From contig CBDBGH010000003.1 in assembly GCA_965205265.1 (NCBI GenBank), positions 160,001 to 224,000 of the forward strand: a DNA stretch of 64,000 nt, written 5' to 3'. The notes beneath the pieces were generated by a model. That model was not told the origin of the DNA, did not search any database, and saw only the letters and a list, made by a program, of their open reading frames with translations. The stretch comes from Alphaproteobacteria bacterium. Its GTDB lineage: Bacteria > Pseudomonadota > Alphaproteobacteria > Bin95. The translations under genes and the position numbers were made by a program. The number at the start of each line of letters is the position of its first letter. Within the stretch, counting starts at the first letter, position 1. Below, in pieces: positions 44,476-53,455 of this stretch.

Positions 44476-44991
44476 TTACATGCCCTCGGCGCCGCGCGCG
44501 ATGGCGACGACGCCGGTGCGGGCGAGGTCGGTCATGCCGAGCGGGCGCATCAGGTCGATGAAGGCGTCGATCTTCTCGGTCGAGCCGGTGACCTCGAACA
44601 CGAAGGATCGGTGGGTGCTGTCCACCGCGCGGGCGCGGAAGATGTCGGCGATACGCAGCGCCTCGATGCGCCGGGCGCCGCCGCCCGCCACCTTGACCAG
44701 CACCAGTTCCCGCTCGACATGCGGCCCTTCCTGCGTGAGGTCTGACACGCGGTGGACCGGCACCAGCCGCGCAAGCTGGGCCTTGATCTGCTCCAGCACC
44801 ATCAGCGTGCCGGAAGTGACCACGGTGATGCGCGAAAGATGGCCGGTCGGGTCGATTTCGGCGACGGTCAGGCTCTCGATATTGTAGCCGCGGCCCGAGA
44901 ACAGGCCGATGACGCGCGCCAGCACGCCGGGCTCGTTGTCCACGACCACGGCGAAGATTCGCCTTTCCTGCTGGTGCTCCGTGGCGGCCAA
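44476..44991 (-). CDS. ilvN: Acetolactate synthase small subunit
   Basis: [28 protein letters not shown] domain; TTG start after GAGGAG. Confidence 0.95.
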   Translation of the reverse strand: MAATEHQQERRIFAVVVDNEPGVLARVIGLFSGRGYNIESLTVAEIDPTGHLSRITVVTSGTLMVLEQIKAQLARLVPVHRVSDLTQEGPHVERELVLVKVAGGGARRIEALRIADIFRARAVDSTHRSFVFEVTGSTEKIDAFIDLMRPLGMTDLARTGVVAIARGAEGM

Positions 44992-45050
44992 TTGGGTCTC
45001 TCCTCGCGCCGGACGGCCTGGGTTGGGGCAGGCCCTAGCGTCCCGTTCCC

Positions 45051-45136
45051 GTCATACCCGGACTTGTTCCGGGTATCCATGCGGCCGCCCGTTGAAAGCG
45101 GTGGAGGGAGATGCCCGGAACAAGTCCGGGCATGAC
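45051..45136. repeat. REP-like 86-bp paired palindrome inside the ilv operon
   Basis: Same unit as 25640 and 27300, in opposite orientation. Confidence 0.88.
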
Positions 45137-45204
45137 GACATGGGAGCCGGGCATAACGACAAGAGGACTCGGCGCAAAGCCACGCAAACTTCTCGGCCGC
45201 GACA

Positions 45205-46983
45205 TTAGACGAGGACCATGCCTTCGGCGTCGATCTTTGCTTCCGGCTCTTCCGTGCCGCTCAGGATCATCTCGTTATGCGCCTTGCCCGACGGAATCAT
45301 CGGGAAGCAGTTTTCCATCTGCGCGACCTGCACATCGACGATCACGGGGCCGTCGGCGGCGATCATCGCATCGATCACGCTATCCATCTCGTCCGGGCGC
45401 TCCGCGCGCAGCCCCGTCCAGCCGAAGGCTTCGGCGAGGCGCACGAAATCCGGCAGGCTGTCCGTGTAGCTCTCGGAATAGCGCTCGCCATGCAGCAGCT
45501 CCTGCCACTGGCGCACCATGCCCATCCACTGGTTGTTCAGGATGAAGAGCTTGACCGGCAGCCGGTACTGCGAGGCGGTGGAAAGCTCCTGGATGTTCAT
45601 CAGGATGGACGCCTCGCCGGCGACATCGATCACCAGCGCATCGGGATGGGCGACCTGCACGCCGATAGCGGCCGGCAGCCCGTAGCCCATCGTGCCGAGG
45701 CCGCCCGAGGTCATCCAGTGGTTCGGGCGCTCGAAACGGAGGAACTGCGCGGCCCACATCTGGTGCTGGCCGACCTCCGTGGTGACGAACACGTCCTTGC
45801 GACCCGCGATCTTCGCCTGCAGGCGTTCGAGCGCGTATTGCGGCTTGATGACCTTGTCGTCCTGCTCGTATTTCAGGCAGTCGCGCTTGCGCCATTTGGC
45901 GATGTCGCGCCACCATCTTTCGATCGCGCGGTAGTCCGTTTTCCCGCCGCGCGCCGACCAGCGCCGGCGGATCGCCTCGACCGCCTTGCCCGCGTCCGCC
46001 ACCACCGGCACATCCACCATCACATTCTTGTTGATCGAGGACGGGTCGATGTCGATATGCACCTTCTTCGCATTCGGCGCGAAGCCGGTGAGGAGGCCGG
46101 TCACCCGGTCGTCGAAGCGCGCGCCGACGGCGAGGATGAGGTCTGCGCCGTGCATGGCGAGATTGGCCTCGTAGAGGCCGTGCATGCCGAGCATGCCGAT
46201 GGATTGCGGATGCGAGGCCGGGAAGGCGCCGAGCCCCATCAGCGTCTGCGTGCAGGGGAAGCCGGTCTCCTGCACCAGGCGGCGCAGTCCGCGCGCCGCG
46301 GCCGGTCCGGAATTGATCACGCCGCCGCCGACATACACCACCGGCCGTTTCGCGGTTTCGATGAGCGCCACGGCCTCTTCCACCGCCTGCGGCTCGGGGC
46401 GCGTGCGCGGCTTGTAGCTCCGGTGCTTCACCTCTTCCGGCGGCCGGTAGGCGCCGGTGGCGAATTGCACGTCCTTCGGCACATCCACCACCACCGGCCC
46501 CGGCCGGCCGCTGCGCGCGACATAGAACGCCTCGTGAATCGTCGAGGCGACTTCGTCCACGCTCCTGATGAGGTAGTTGTGCTTGGTGCAGGGCCGGGTG
46601 ATGCCGGTCGTGTCCGCCTCCTGGAAGGCGTCATTGCCGATGAGGTGCGTCGGCACCTGGCCGGTCAGGCAGACGACGGGAATGCTGTCCATGAGCGCGT
46701 CGGTGAGGCCGGTCACGGCATTGGTCGCGCCGGGTCCGGAGGTCACGAGCACGACGCCGACCTTGCCGGTCGAGCGGGCATAGCCTTCCGCGGCATGGAC
46801 CGCGCCGCCTTCCTGGCGGACGAGATAGTGGCGCAGCCGGTTCTGCTTGAAGATCTCGTCATAGATCGGCAGCACGGCGCCGCCCGGATAGCCGAAGACC
46901 GCCTCGACACCCTGATCGACGAGGGCTTTGACGATCATTTCGGCGCCGGTCATGGTCCTGACGGTCATGGTCCTGTCGGTCAT
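45205..46983 (-). CDS. ilvB: Acetolactate synthase large subunit
   Basis: FGYPGGAVL, TSGPGATN, GMLGMHG, TEVGQHQMW, SGGLGTMG; in-frame starts at 46983, 46968, 46953. Confidence 0.96.
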   Translation of the reverse strand: MTDRTMTVRTMTGAEMIVKALVDQGVEAVFGYPGGAVLPIYDEIFKQNRLRHYLVRQEGGAVHAAEGYARSTGKVGVVLVTSGPGATNAVTGLTDALMDSIPVVCLTGQVPTHLIGNDAFQEADTTGITRPCTKHNYLIRSVDEVASTIHEAFYVARSGRPGPVVVDVPKDVQFATGAYRPPEEVKHRSYKPRTRPEPQAVEEAVALIETAKRPVVYVGGGVINSGPAAARGLRRLVQETGFPCTQTLMGLGAFPASHPQSIGMLGMHGLYEANLAMHGADLILAVGARFDDRVTGLLTGFAPNAKKVHIDIDPSSINKNVMVDVPVVADAGKAVEAIRRRWSARGGKTDYRAIERWWRDIAKWRKRDCLKYEQDDKVIKPQYALERLQAKIAGRKDVFVTTEVGQHQMWAAQFLRFERPNHWMTSGGLGTMGYGLPAAIGVQVAHPDALVIDVAGEASILMNIQELSTASQYRLPVKLFILNNQWMGMVRQWQELLHGERYSESYTDSLPDFVRLAEAFGWTGLRAERPDEMDSVIDAMIAADGPVIVDVQVAQMENCFPMIPSGKAHNEMILSGTEEPEAKIDAEGMVLV

Positions 46984-46990
46984 GGTCCTG
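46947..46990 (-). repeat. Three 15-bp tandem repeats over the ilvB start
   Basis: cggtcatggtcctg(a/t) at 46947, 46962, 46977. Confidence 0.9.
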
Positions 46991-47083
46991 TTTTCCGCAC
47001 TTGGAGGAAGGCGCGCGACCCTAAACACCGGCTAACCGCCGGTCAACAGGCAGAAAGACGGCATTCCCGATGAGGAAACCGCG

Positions 47084-47121
47084 CCCGGCCGGAAGCCCGC
47101 AGGCATGGGCTTCCGGCCGGG
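47084..47121. promoter_or_regulatory. Perfect 15-bp hairpin upstream of ilvB
   Basis: cccggccggaagccc-gcaggcat-gggcttccggccggg. Confidence 0.55.
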
Positions 47122-47204
47122 TCGGCAAGCGGGGGCGGCCTCCGCAGGCGGGAAAGGCATGAGATATTTGTTCGATAATATACGATATATTTCTTAGAAA
47201 GCAC

Positions 47205-47603
47205 TTGACATATAGTGCATGCGGAGCAATATGGAACCGGAGGAAGGAAGCAGCATCCGGAGCCGCTTCCCGCCCGCGCCGGCGCGCATGCGGAACGACC
47301 CCGATTCAGCCGACAGACGAGGTGTGTCTTGCGCCTGCCTCGCGTGCGCGCAATCAGGCGCGCGAACCGCGCCGCCGCGAAACGTGCACGGGCGGGCGCA
47401 GGCGCCGGCGCGCATTACGCGCGAATCAGGGTCCCGCCGCCAGCCGGCCGGCGACGGGGCGGACGGAACGAAACAGGAGCAAGGTGAACAACCGATGCCG
47501 AGGACAGAGAGTCGCTGGAACCGAAGGGAATACCCGCAGCCCATGCCCGAACAGGCCGCAGGATATGTGCTGAGTGCATACAGATCATGACATTCCATGA
47601 CAC
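47205..47603 (+). repeat. Dispersed structured element, copy C (promoter, core, 31-aa ORF 47495-47590, ATGACA boxes)
   Basis: TTGACA 47205-47210; helix 47297-47307 with 47423-47433; GCAATCAG loop; ATGACA at 47587 and 47597. Confidence 0.8.
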
Positions 47604-47651
47604 TCCGGTATGCCCCTACCGCTGTGCCGCGTTGCCTCTGCCGGAATCCGG

Positions 47652-48395
47652 TCACGGGCTCGCCGGGCCCGAACCGGAAACGGCGGCTGGGCCGGCGCCG
47701 TCCCTGAGCCGGTCCGGGACGGCGAGGCGGCTCCAGGGGAACGCGTGGACCCGCTCCCGGCCCGGCATCAGGACGCGCGGCGGGCGGGCGAACAGCATGC
47801 GGACCGCCGGGTCGTGGACATCGAGCCCGCCCGCATAGGCGCCGAAGGCCGGAAGCAGCAGGCGCCGCCCGTCGGTGACGAAAACCCGCCCGGATACCTG
47901 CCGCCGGCCCGTCGCAACCGTCGCGCGCGGATGCAGGTGGCCTGCGACCTCTCCCGGCGCCGGGTGCGGATGCGGCTCATGGCGAAAGACGAGCGGCCCG
48001 GCCCGCCATTCGCCGAGCGCCCGCCCGCCGAAACCGCGGGGCGCCTCGGGGTCGTGGTTGCCGCGAAGCCAGAGCCACTCGCAGCTTCGCGCGAGCCGGT
48101 CGAGGCGTCCCGCCGCATCCGGGTCGAGGCGAAGGTCCGCATGCCGGTCGTGGAAGCCGTCGCCGAGCGACACCCAGCGCACCGGGCTGTAGCGCCGCGC
48201 CAGCGCCTCCAGCCGGTCCAGCGTCGCATGGCTGTCATAGGGCGGCAGCAGCGCGCGCCCTTCCGCCGCGAAAGCCGAGCCCTTTTCGAAATGCAGGTCG
48301 GCCACGACCAGCGTGCGCATCTCGGGCCACCAGAGCGCGCCCGAAGGGTCGGCGGCGAGCGATGCCCCGTTCAACCGGAAGTCGGCTGCGGTCAA
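47652..48395 (-). CDS. pdeM: Ligase-associated metallophosphoesterase/endonuclease PdeM (MPE)
   Basis: ADLHFEKG, GDGFHD, GNHD, HEP, GHLHP, LPAFGAYAGGL. Confidence 0.9.
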   Translation of the reverse strand: MTAADFRLNGASLAADPSGALWWPEMRTLVVADLHFEKGSAFAAEGRALLPPYDSHATLDRLEALARRYSPVRWVSLGDGFHDRHADLRLDPDAAGRLDRLARSCEWLWLRGNHDPEAPRGFGGRALGEWRAGPLVFRHEPHPHPAPGEVAGHLHPRATVATGRRQVSGRVFVTDGRRLLLPAFGAYAGGLDVHDPAVRMLFARPPRVLMPGRERVHAFPWSRLAVPDRLRDGAGPAAVSGSGPASP

Positions 48396-50851
48396 AGCGG
48401 CAGCTCCGCCATGTCCGCGCCGCCCATGGCCTCGGCGACCAGGTCGCTTTCGCTCTCCGCCGCCGTCTCGGCCAGCAGTTCCTCTATGGCGCCGCCGTAG
48501 ACGAACTCCTTGCCGATCTCGAGCAGCACCGGCACGGCGAGCGGAGACACCCGGTCGAGCCGGCGCAGCTCGATCCGGCCCCGTGCCCGCGCCAGCATGC
48601 CGCCGAGGCGCCGGATGTCGGTCAGGCCCCGCGCCGCATCGCGGCGGGTGGCGCGCAGCAGCAGGTGGTTCGGCTCGTGCCGGCGCAGCACGTCGTAGAT
48701 GAGGTCGGCATTGAAGGTGACCTGGCGGCGCGTCTTCTCTCGGCCCGGATGGCGGCGCTCGATCAGCCCCGCCACGACCGCCACATTGCGGAAGGTGCGC
48801 CGGAGCAGGGTGGATTCCGCCATCCAGTCCTCAAGGTCGTCGCCCAGCATGTCCTCGGAGAAGAGCTCGTCCACCTCCTCCGCCTCGCGCAGGCTCCAGA
48901 CCGCGAGCACATAGTCGGACGCGCAGAAGCCGAGCGGACCGAGCCCCGCGCGCTCCATGCGCCGGGTCAGCAGCATGCCGAGCGTCTGGTGGGCGTTGCG
49001 CCCCTCGAAGCAGTAGGCGACGAGATACCATTTGCCGCCGCGCGGGAAGGTCTCCACCAAGAGGCCGCCCGGCCGCGGCAGCACGGAGCGCCGGTCCTGC
49101 GCCCGGAGCCATTCCAGCACGTCGGGCGGGAACTCCCGCCAGCGCCGCCGGTCGGCGAGCAGGCCGCGCACCCGCTCGGCGAGATGCGTGGTCAGCGGCA
49201 GCCGCCCGCCGCCATAGGCGGGAATGCGCGGCGCCTCGCCGGTGGCGGCCGAGGTGCGGATGGTCATCTCCCGGATGCCCTCGAAGCGCAGCATCCGGCC
49301 AGCGAACACGAAGGTGTCGCCCGGTGTGAGCGTGTTGGCGAAATACTCCTCGACCTCGCCGAGCACGCGCCCGCCGAGCCGGACCTTCAGGGTCACGGCC
49401 TCGACGATGGTGCCGACATTCATCCGGTAGCGCCGGACGACATCGGCATTGGCGGCCCTCAACCGGCCGGCGCCGTCGCGCTTCAGCCGCCGGTAGCGCT
49501 CATAGGCGCCGAGCGCATAGCCTCCGGTCGCCACGAAATCGACGGCCTCCGAGAAGGTCTTGGCGGTGAGGCCGCGATAGGGGAAGGCCCGGCGCACCTC
49601 CTGGAACAGCGCCTCCTCCTCGAACGGGCCGGAGGCCGCAACCCCTGCGATATGCTGGGCCAGCACGTCGAGGCCGCCCGGCTCCGGCGCGTCGCCGTCG
49701 AGCGTGCCCGCGTGGACCGCGTCGATGGCGGCATGGCATTCCAGCACCTCGAAGCGGTTGGCCGGCACCAGCAGCGCCTTGCTCGGCCGGTCGAGGCAGT
49801 GGTTGGAGCGCCCGAGGCGCTGGAGCAGCCGGGCCGCGCCCTTGGGCGCGCCGACCTGCACCACAAGGTCCACATCGCCCCAGTCGATGCCGAGGTCGAG
49901 CGAGGAGGTGGCGACCACGGCCCGCAGACGGCCCGCCGCCATCGCCGCCTCCACCTTGCGGCGCTGCTCCGGGGCGAGGCTGCCGTGATGCAGCGCGATG
50001 GCAAGGCCGTCCTCGTTGAGGTCCCAGAGCCCGCGGAATATGAGCTCTGCCTGGGCGCGTGTGTTGACGAACACGATGGTCGTGCGGTGCGCCCGGATCG
50101 CGTCGTGGATCTCGCCCAACGCATAAACCGCCATATGGCCCGACCAGGGCATCGGCCCCTGCATCCGGGCGATGGCGATTTCCGGCGCGACGCCGCCGCG
50201 GCCGACCACGACCTCGACGTCCGGCTCGCGCCCGGCGCTCGGCGAGAGCCAGGCGGCGAGATAGTCCCGGTCCGCTACGGTCGCGGAAAGAGCCGTTCGC
50301 CGCGCGCCTGGCGCCATGCCGCCGAGCCGCGCGAGGCCGAGCGAGAGCAGGTCGCCGCGCTTGTTGTCCGCGAGCGCATGCAGCTCGTCCACGATGACGC
50401 AGCGCAGCGGACCGAAGAGCGCCGGCGCGTCGGGCCAGGACAGCATCAGCGCGAGAGATTCGGGTGTCGTCATCAGCATTTGCGGCGGCTGCCGGCGCTG
50501 GCGTTCGCGCTTGCGCTGCGGCGTGTCGCCCGTGCGCGTCTCGACGCCGATATCGAGGCCCATTTCCGCAATCGGCGTCTCCAGATTGCGGTGGATATCG
50601 ACGGCGAGCGCCTTCAGCGGCGAGATGTAGAGCGTGTGCAGGCCCGCGCGCGGCGCCTCGGCGAGTTCCGCGATGCCCGGCAGGAAGCCGGCGAGTGTCT
50701 TGCCGCCGCCGGTCGGGGCGACCAGAAGCGCCGAGCGCCCGGCCTCGGCCGCGCGCCACATCGCCAATTGGTGTTCGTAGGGCCGCCAGCCGCGCGCCCG
50801 GAACCAGTCGCGGATCGCGGCGGGTTGCGGAACCCCGATGCCTGCCTCCAT
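48392..50851 (-). CDS. lhr: Ligase-associated DEXH-box helicase (Lhr-core)
   Basis: APTGGGKT, YISPLKALA, TTPESL, DELH, LSAT, HHGSL, TSSLDLGID, QRLGR. Confidence 0.93.
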   Translation of the reverse strand: MEAGIGVPQPAAIRDWFRARGWRPYEHQLAMWRAAEAGRSALLVAPTGGGKTLAGFLPGIAELAEAPRAGLHTLYISPLKALAVDIHRNLETPIAEMGLDIGVETRTGDTPQRKRERQRRQPPQMLMTTPESLALMLSWPDAPALFGPLRCVIVDELHALADNKRGDLLSLGLARLGGMAPGARRTALSATVADRDYLAAWLSPSAGREPDVEVVVGRGGVAPEIAIARMQGPMPWSGHMAVYALGEIHDAIRAHRTTIVFVNTRAQAELIFRGLWDLNEDGLAIALHHGSLAPEQRRKVEAAMAAGRLRAVVATSSLDLGIDWGDVDLVVQVGAPKGAARLLQRLGRSNHCLDRPSKALLVPANRFEVLECHAAIDAVHAGTLDGDAPEPGGLDVLAQHIAGVAASGPFEEEALFQEVRRAFPYRGLTAKTFSEAVDFVATGGYALGAYERYRRLKRDGAGRLRAANADVVRRYRMNVGTIVEAVTLKVRLGGRVLGEVEEYFANTLTPGDTFVFAGRMLRFEGIREMTIRTSAATGEAPRIPAYGGGRLPLTTHLAERVRGLLADRRRWREFPPDVLEWLRAQDRRSVLPRPGGLLVETFPRGGKWYLVAYCFEGRNAHQTLGMLLTRRMERAGLGPLGFCASDYVLAVWSLREAEEVDELFSEDMLGDDLEDWMAESTLLRRTFRNVAVVAGLIERRHPGREKTRRQVTFNADLIYDVLRRHEPNHLLLRATRRDAARGLTDIRRLGGMLARARGRIELRRLDRVSPLAVPVLLEIGKEFVYGGAIEELLAETAAESESDLVAEAMGGADMAELPL

Positions 50852-50897
50852 GCCGCCGCGCTTTCCTCCTCCGGCCCAGGGAGGCCATAGTAGCGCG

Positions 50898-51887
50898 ATG
50901 GCGGATGCGCTCGAAGACTGGCTCCAGCCGACGCCGGCCGGCCTCTGGTGCGAGCCGGGCGGCTTCCATATCGACCCGCAGCGGGCCGTGGAGCGCGCGC
51001 TCGTCACCCATGGCCATGCCGACCATGCCCGCCCCGGCCACGGCGCGGTGCTGGCGACGCCGGAGACGCTGGCCATCATGGCGCTGCGCTATCCGCGCGA
51101 CCGTGCGGACCGGCAGCCGCTCCGCTATGGCGAGACCGTCCGGGCCGGCGGCGTCTCCGTCCGGCTGGCGCCGGCGGGCCATGTGCTGGGCTCGGCCCAA
51201 GCGGTGCTCGAATACCGCGGGCGGCGGGTCGTTGTCTCGGGCGACTACAAGCGCGCGCCGGACCCGACCTGCGCCGCCTTCGAGCCGGTGCGGGCCGATG
51301 TCTTCATCACCGAGGCGACCTTCGGCCTGCCCGTGTTCCGCCTGCCGGACGACATGGCGGAGACCGCCCGCCTGCTGCGCTCTGTCGAGGCGTTCCCGGA
51401 CCGCTGCCATGTCGTCGGCGCCTACAGCCTCGGCAAGTGCCAGCGTCTGCTGGGGCTGCTCCGCCGGGCCGGCTACGACCGGCCGGTATGGCTGCACCCG
51501 GCGCTCGACGAGATGACCGCCCTCTACCGGGATTTCGGCGTGGAACTGGGCGAAACCCGGCTGCCCGGCGGTGCCGGGAGCCTGGCCGGCGAGATCGTGC
51601 TCCAACCCCCCGGCCCGGAGCAGCGGACGGACCGGTTTGCCGAGCCGGTGCGGGCGGTCGCCTCGGGCTGGATGCAGATTCGCGCCCATGCCCGCCGGCG
51701 CGGCGTCGAGCTGCCGCTCGCCATCTCCGACCACGCCGACTGGACAGGGCTCACGGCCACGATTGCCGAGACCGGCGCTTCCGAAATCCGGGTGACGCAC
51801 GGGCCGCCCGGCGCCCTGATCCGCTGGGCGCGGGGCCGGGGCCTCGATGCCCGGCCGCTCGAGCCGACGGACAGGCGGGGCGGATGA
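50898..51887 (+). CDS. Ligase-associated DNA damage response exonuclease (MBL fold)
   Basis: THGHADH, AGHVLGSA, SGDYK, TEATFGLP, SDHADW. Confidence 0.92.
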   Translation: MADALEDWLQPTPAGLWCEPGGFHIDPQRAVERALVTHGHADHARPGHGAVLATPETLAIMALRYPRDRADRQPLRYGETVRAGGVSVRLAPAGHVLGSAQAVLEYRGRRVVVSGDYKRAPDPTCAAFEPVRADVFITEATFGLPVFRLPDDMAETARLLRSVEAFPDRCHVVGAYSLGKCQRLLGLLRRAGYDRPVWLHPALDEMTALYRDFGVELGETRLPGGAGSLAGEIVLQPPGPEQRTDRFAEPVRAVASGWMQIRAHARRRGVELPLAISDHADWTGLTATIAETGASEIRVTHGPPGALIRWARGRGLDARPLEPTDRRGG

Positions 51888-53437
51888 AGGCGTTCGCCGC
51901 GCTGCTGGATGCGCTTGCCTTTGCGTCCTCGCCTGCCGTCCGGGTCCGCCTTGTGGCCGACTATCTGGAGCGGGCGGGCGGCCCCGAACGAGGCTGGGCG
52001 CTCGCCGTGCTCGGCGGCGGCCTCGATACAGCCTGCGTCCGGCCGGCGGCTCTTCTGGCGCTCGCGGCCGAGCGGGTCGATGGCGAGCTGCTGCGGCTCT
52101 CGCTCGATTTCGTCGGCGACCCGGTCGAGACCGCGGCCCTTATCTGGCCGGAGAGCGGAGCCGCGCCGTCCCCGCCCCCGCTCGCCGAGGCGGCGCCCGC
52201 CCTTGCCGGCAGTTCCCGGTCGGCGGCGCCGGGCCTGCTCGCGGGCTGGTTCGACCGTTCGGATGCGTCCGTCCGGCTGGCGCTGGCGCAGCTTGCGACC
52301 GGACGGCGCCCTCCCGGCGTTACGCCGCGGCTTGTGCGAACGGCGCTTGCCGCCGCCTTCCCGGCCGATCTCGGCGCCATCGAAGAGGTCTGGCACGCGC
52401 AGACGCCGCCATACAGGCCGCTCTTCGCCTGGCTGGAGGGCCGCGCGCCGCGCCCCGAAGCGCCTGCCGGCTTCCGGCCGCTCATGCCGGTCCGCGCGCT
52501 CGACGAGACGGCATTGGCCGGCCTCGACCTCTCCGGCTACCGGGCGGAGCGGCAGTGGCCCGGCCGGCGCGTTCAGGTCGTGGCGGAGTCCGGGTGGCGC
52601 CGGTTCTACAGCGGGTCGGGCGACGACATCTCTTTCCTGTTCCCGGACATCATCGCCGCGATGGAGGGGCTGGAGGGCGTTTTCGACGGCGTGCTCATGG
52701 CGGCCGCTGACGCGAGCGGCCCGCCTTGCCTCCCGGGGCCGCCCGAAGCGCTCGAAAGGCGGCTCGGCCGCAAGACCGTCCCGCGCCGCCTTCTGGCTGA
52801 GGTTCCCGTCTTCGTCCGCCTCTTCGACATGCTGTTCGACGGCGGCGAGGACATCCGCGCGATGCCGCTGAGCCAGCGCCGCGAACGGTTGCAGGCGCGG
52901 ATTGCCGGCCGGCCGCGTTTCGACCTGTCGCCGCTTGTTGCTTTCGAGGGACCGGCCGCGCTCGACGCTTTGCGCCGGCAGGGCGTCTCCCCGGTGCTGA
53001 AACCCGCCGACGGCCCCTACCGCCCCGACGGACCGCCCTGGCTCATCGTCGGGGCTGCGCCGCGAACCGTCCGGGCCCTGCTCCTCGCCGCGCGGCCCGG
53101 CGGCGTCGGGGAGGCCGGCCCGAGCTACAGCATCGGCCTCCTCCGGGACGGCGCGCCGGCCGCTGTCGGCGATGCGCCCTGCCGCCTTGCGGCCGGGGAA
53201 CGCGAACGGCTTGACCGCTGGGTCCGAAAGCACACCGCGGGGCGCTACGGTCCTGTCCGGGCGGTAGAGCCGGCGCTGGTGCTCGAGATCGCGTTCGAAA
53301 AAGTCCGCCCCGCGCCCCGCCGCAAGGCCGGCCTCGCGCTCGAACGCCCGGAGATACGCGCTATCCTCTGGGACCTGCCGCCCGATGCGGCGGACAGCCT
53401 GGCGCTGTTGGCGGCAGGCCTCGCCGGGCAAGCCTGA
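51884..53437 (+). CDS. ATP-dependent DNA ligase homologue with degenerate catalytic motifs (probably inactive)
   Basis: N-domain (MKAFAALLD, DFVGD..ETAALIWP, IEEVWH) and OB domain (GPVRAVEP.LVLEIAFE) recognisable; motif I reads ERQWPGRR. Confidence 0.85.
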   Translation: MKAFAALLDALAFASSPAVRVRLVADYLERAGGPERGWALAVLGGGLDTACVRPAALLALAAERVDGELLRLSLDFVGDPVETAALIWPESGAAPSPPPLAEAAPALAGSSRSAAPGLLAGWFDRSDASVRLALAQLATGRRPPGVTPRLVRTALAAAFPADLGAIEEVWHAQTPPYRPLFAWLEGRAPRPEAPAGFRPLMPVRALDETALAGLDLSGYRAERQWPGRRVQVVAESGWRRFYSGSGDDISFLFPDIIAAMEGLEGVFDGVLMAAADASGPPCLPGPPEALERRLGRKTVPRRLLAEVPVFVRLFDMLFDGGEDIRAMPLSQRRERLQARIAGRPRFDLSPLVAFEGPAALDALRRQGVSPVLKPADGPYRPDGPPWLIVGAAPRTVRALLLAARPGGVGEAGPSYSIGLLRDGAPAAVGDAPCRLAAGERERLDRWVRKHTAGRYGPVRAVEPALVLEIAFEKVRPAPRRKAGLALERPEIRAILWDLPPDAADSLALLAAGLAGQA

Positions 53438-53455
53438 ACGAAGGAACGCTGAACG

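Noticed and set aside
47652-51887. Lhr-PdeM-exonuclease cluster as a novel defence system
   Set aside because: It is the known ligase-associated DNA damage response cluster; only the ligase degeneration is unusual
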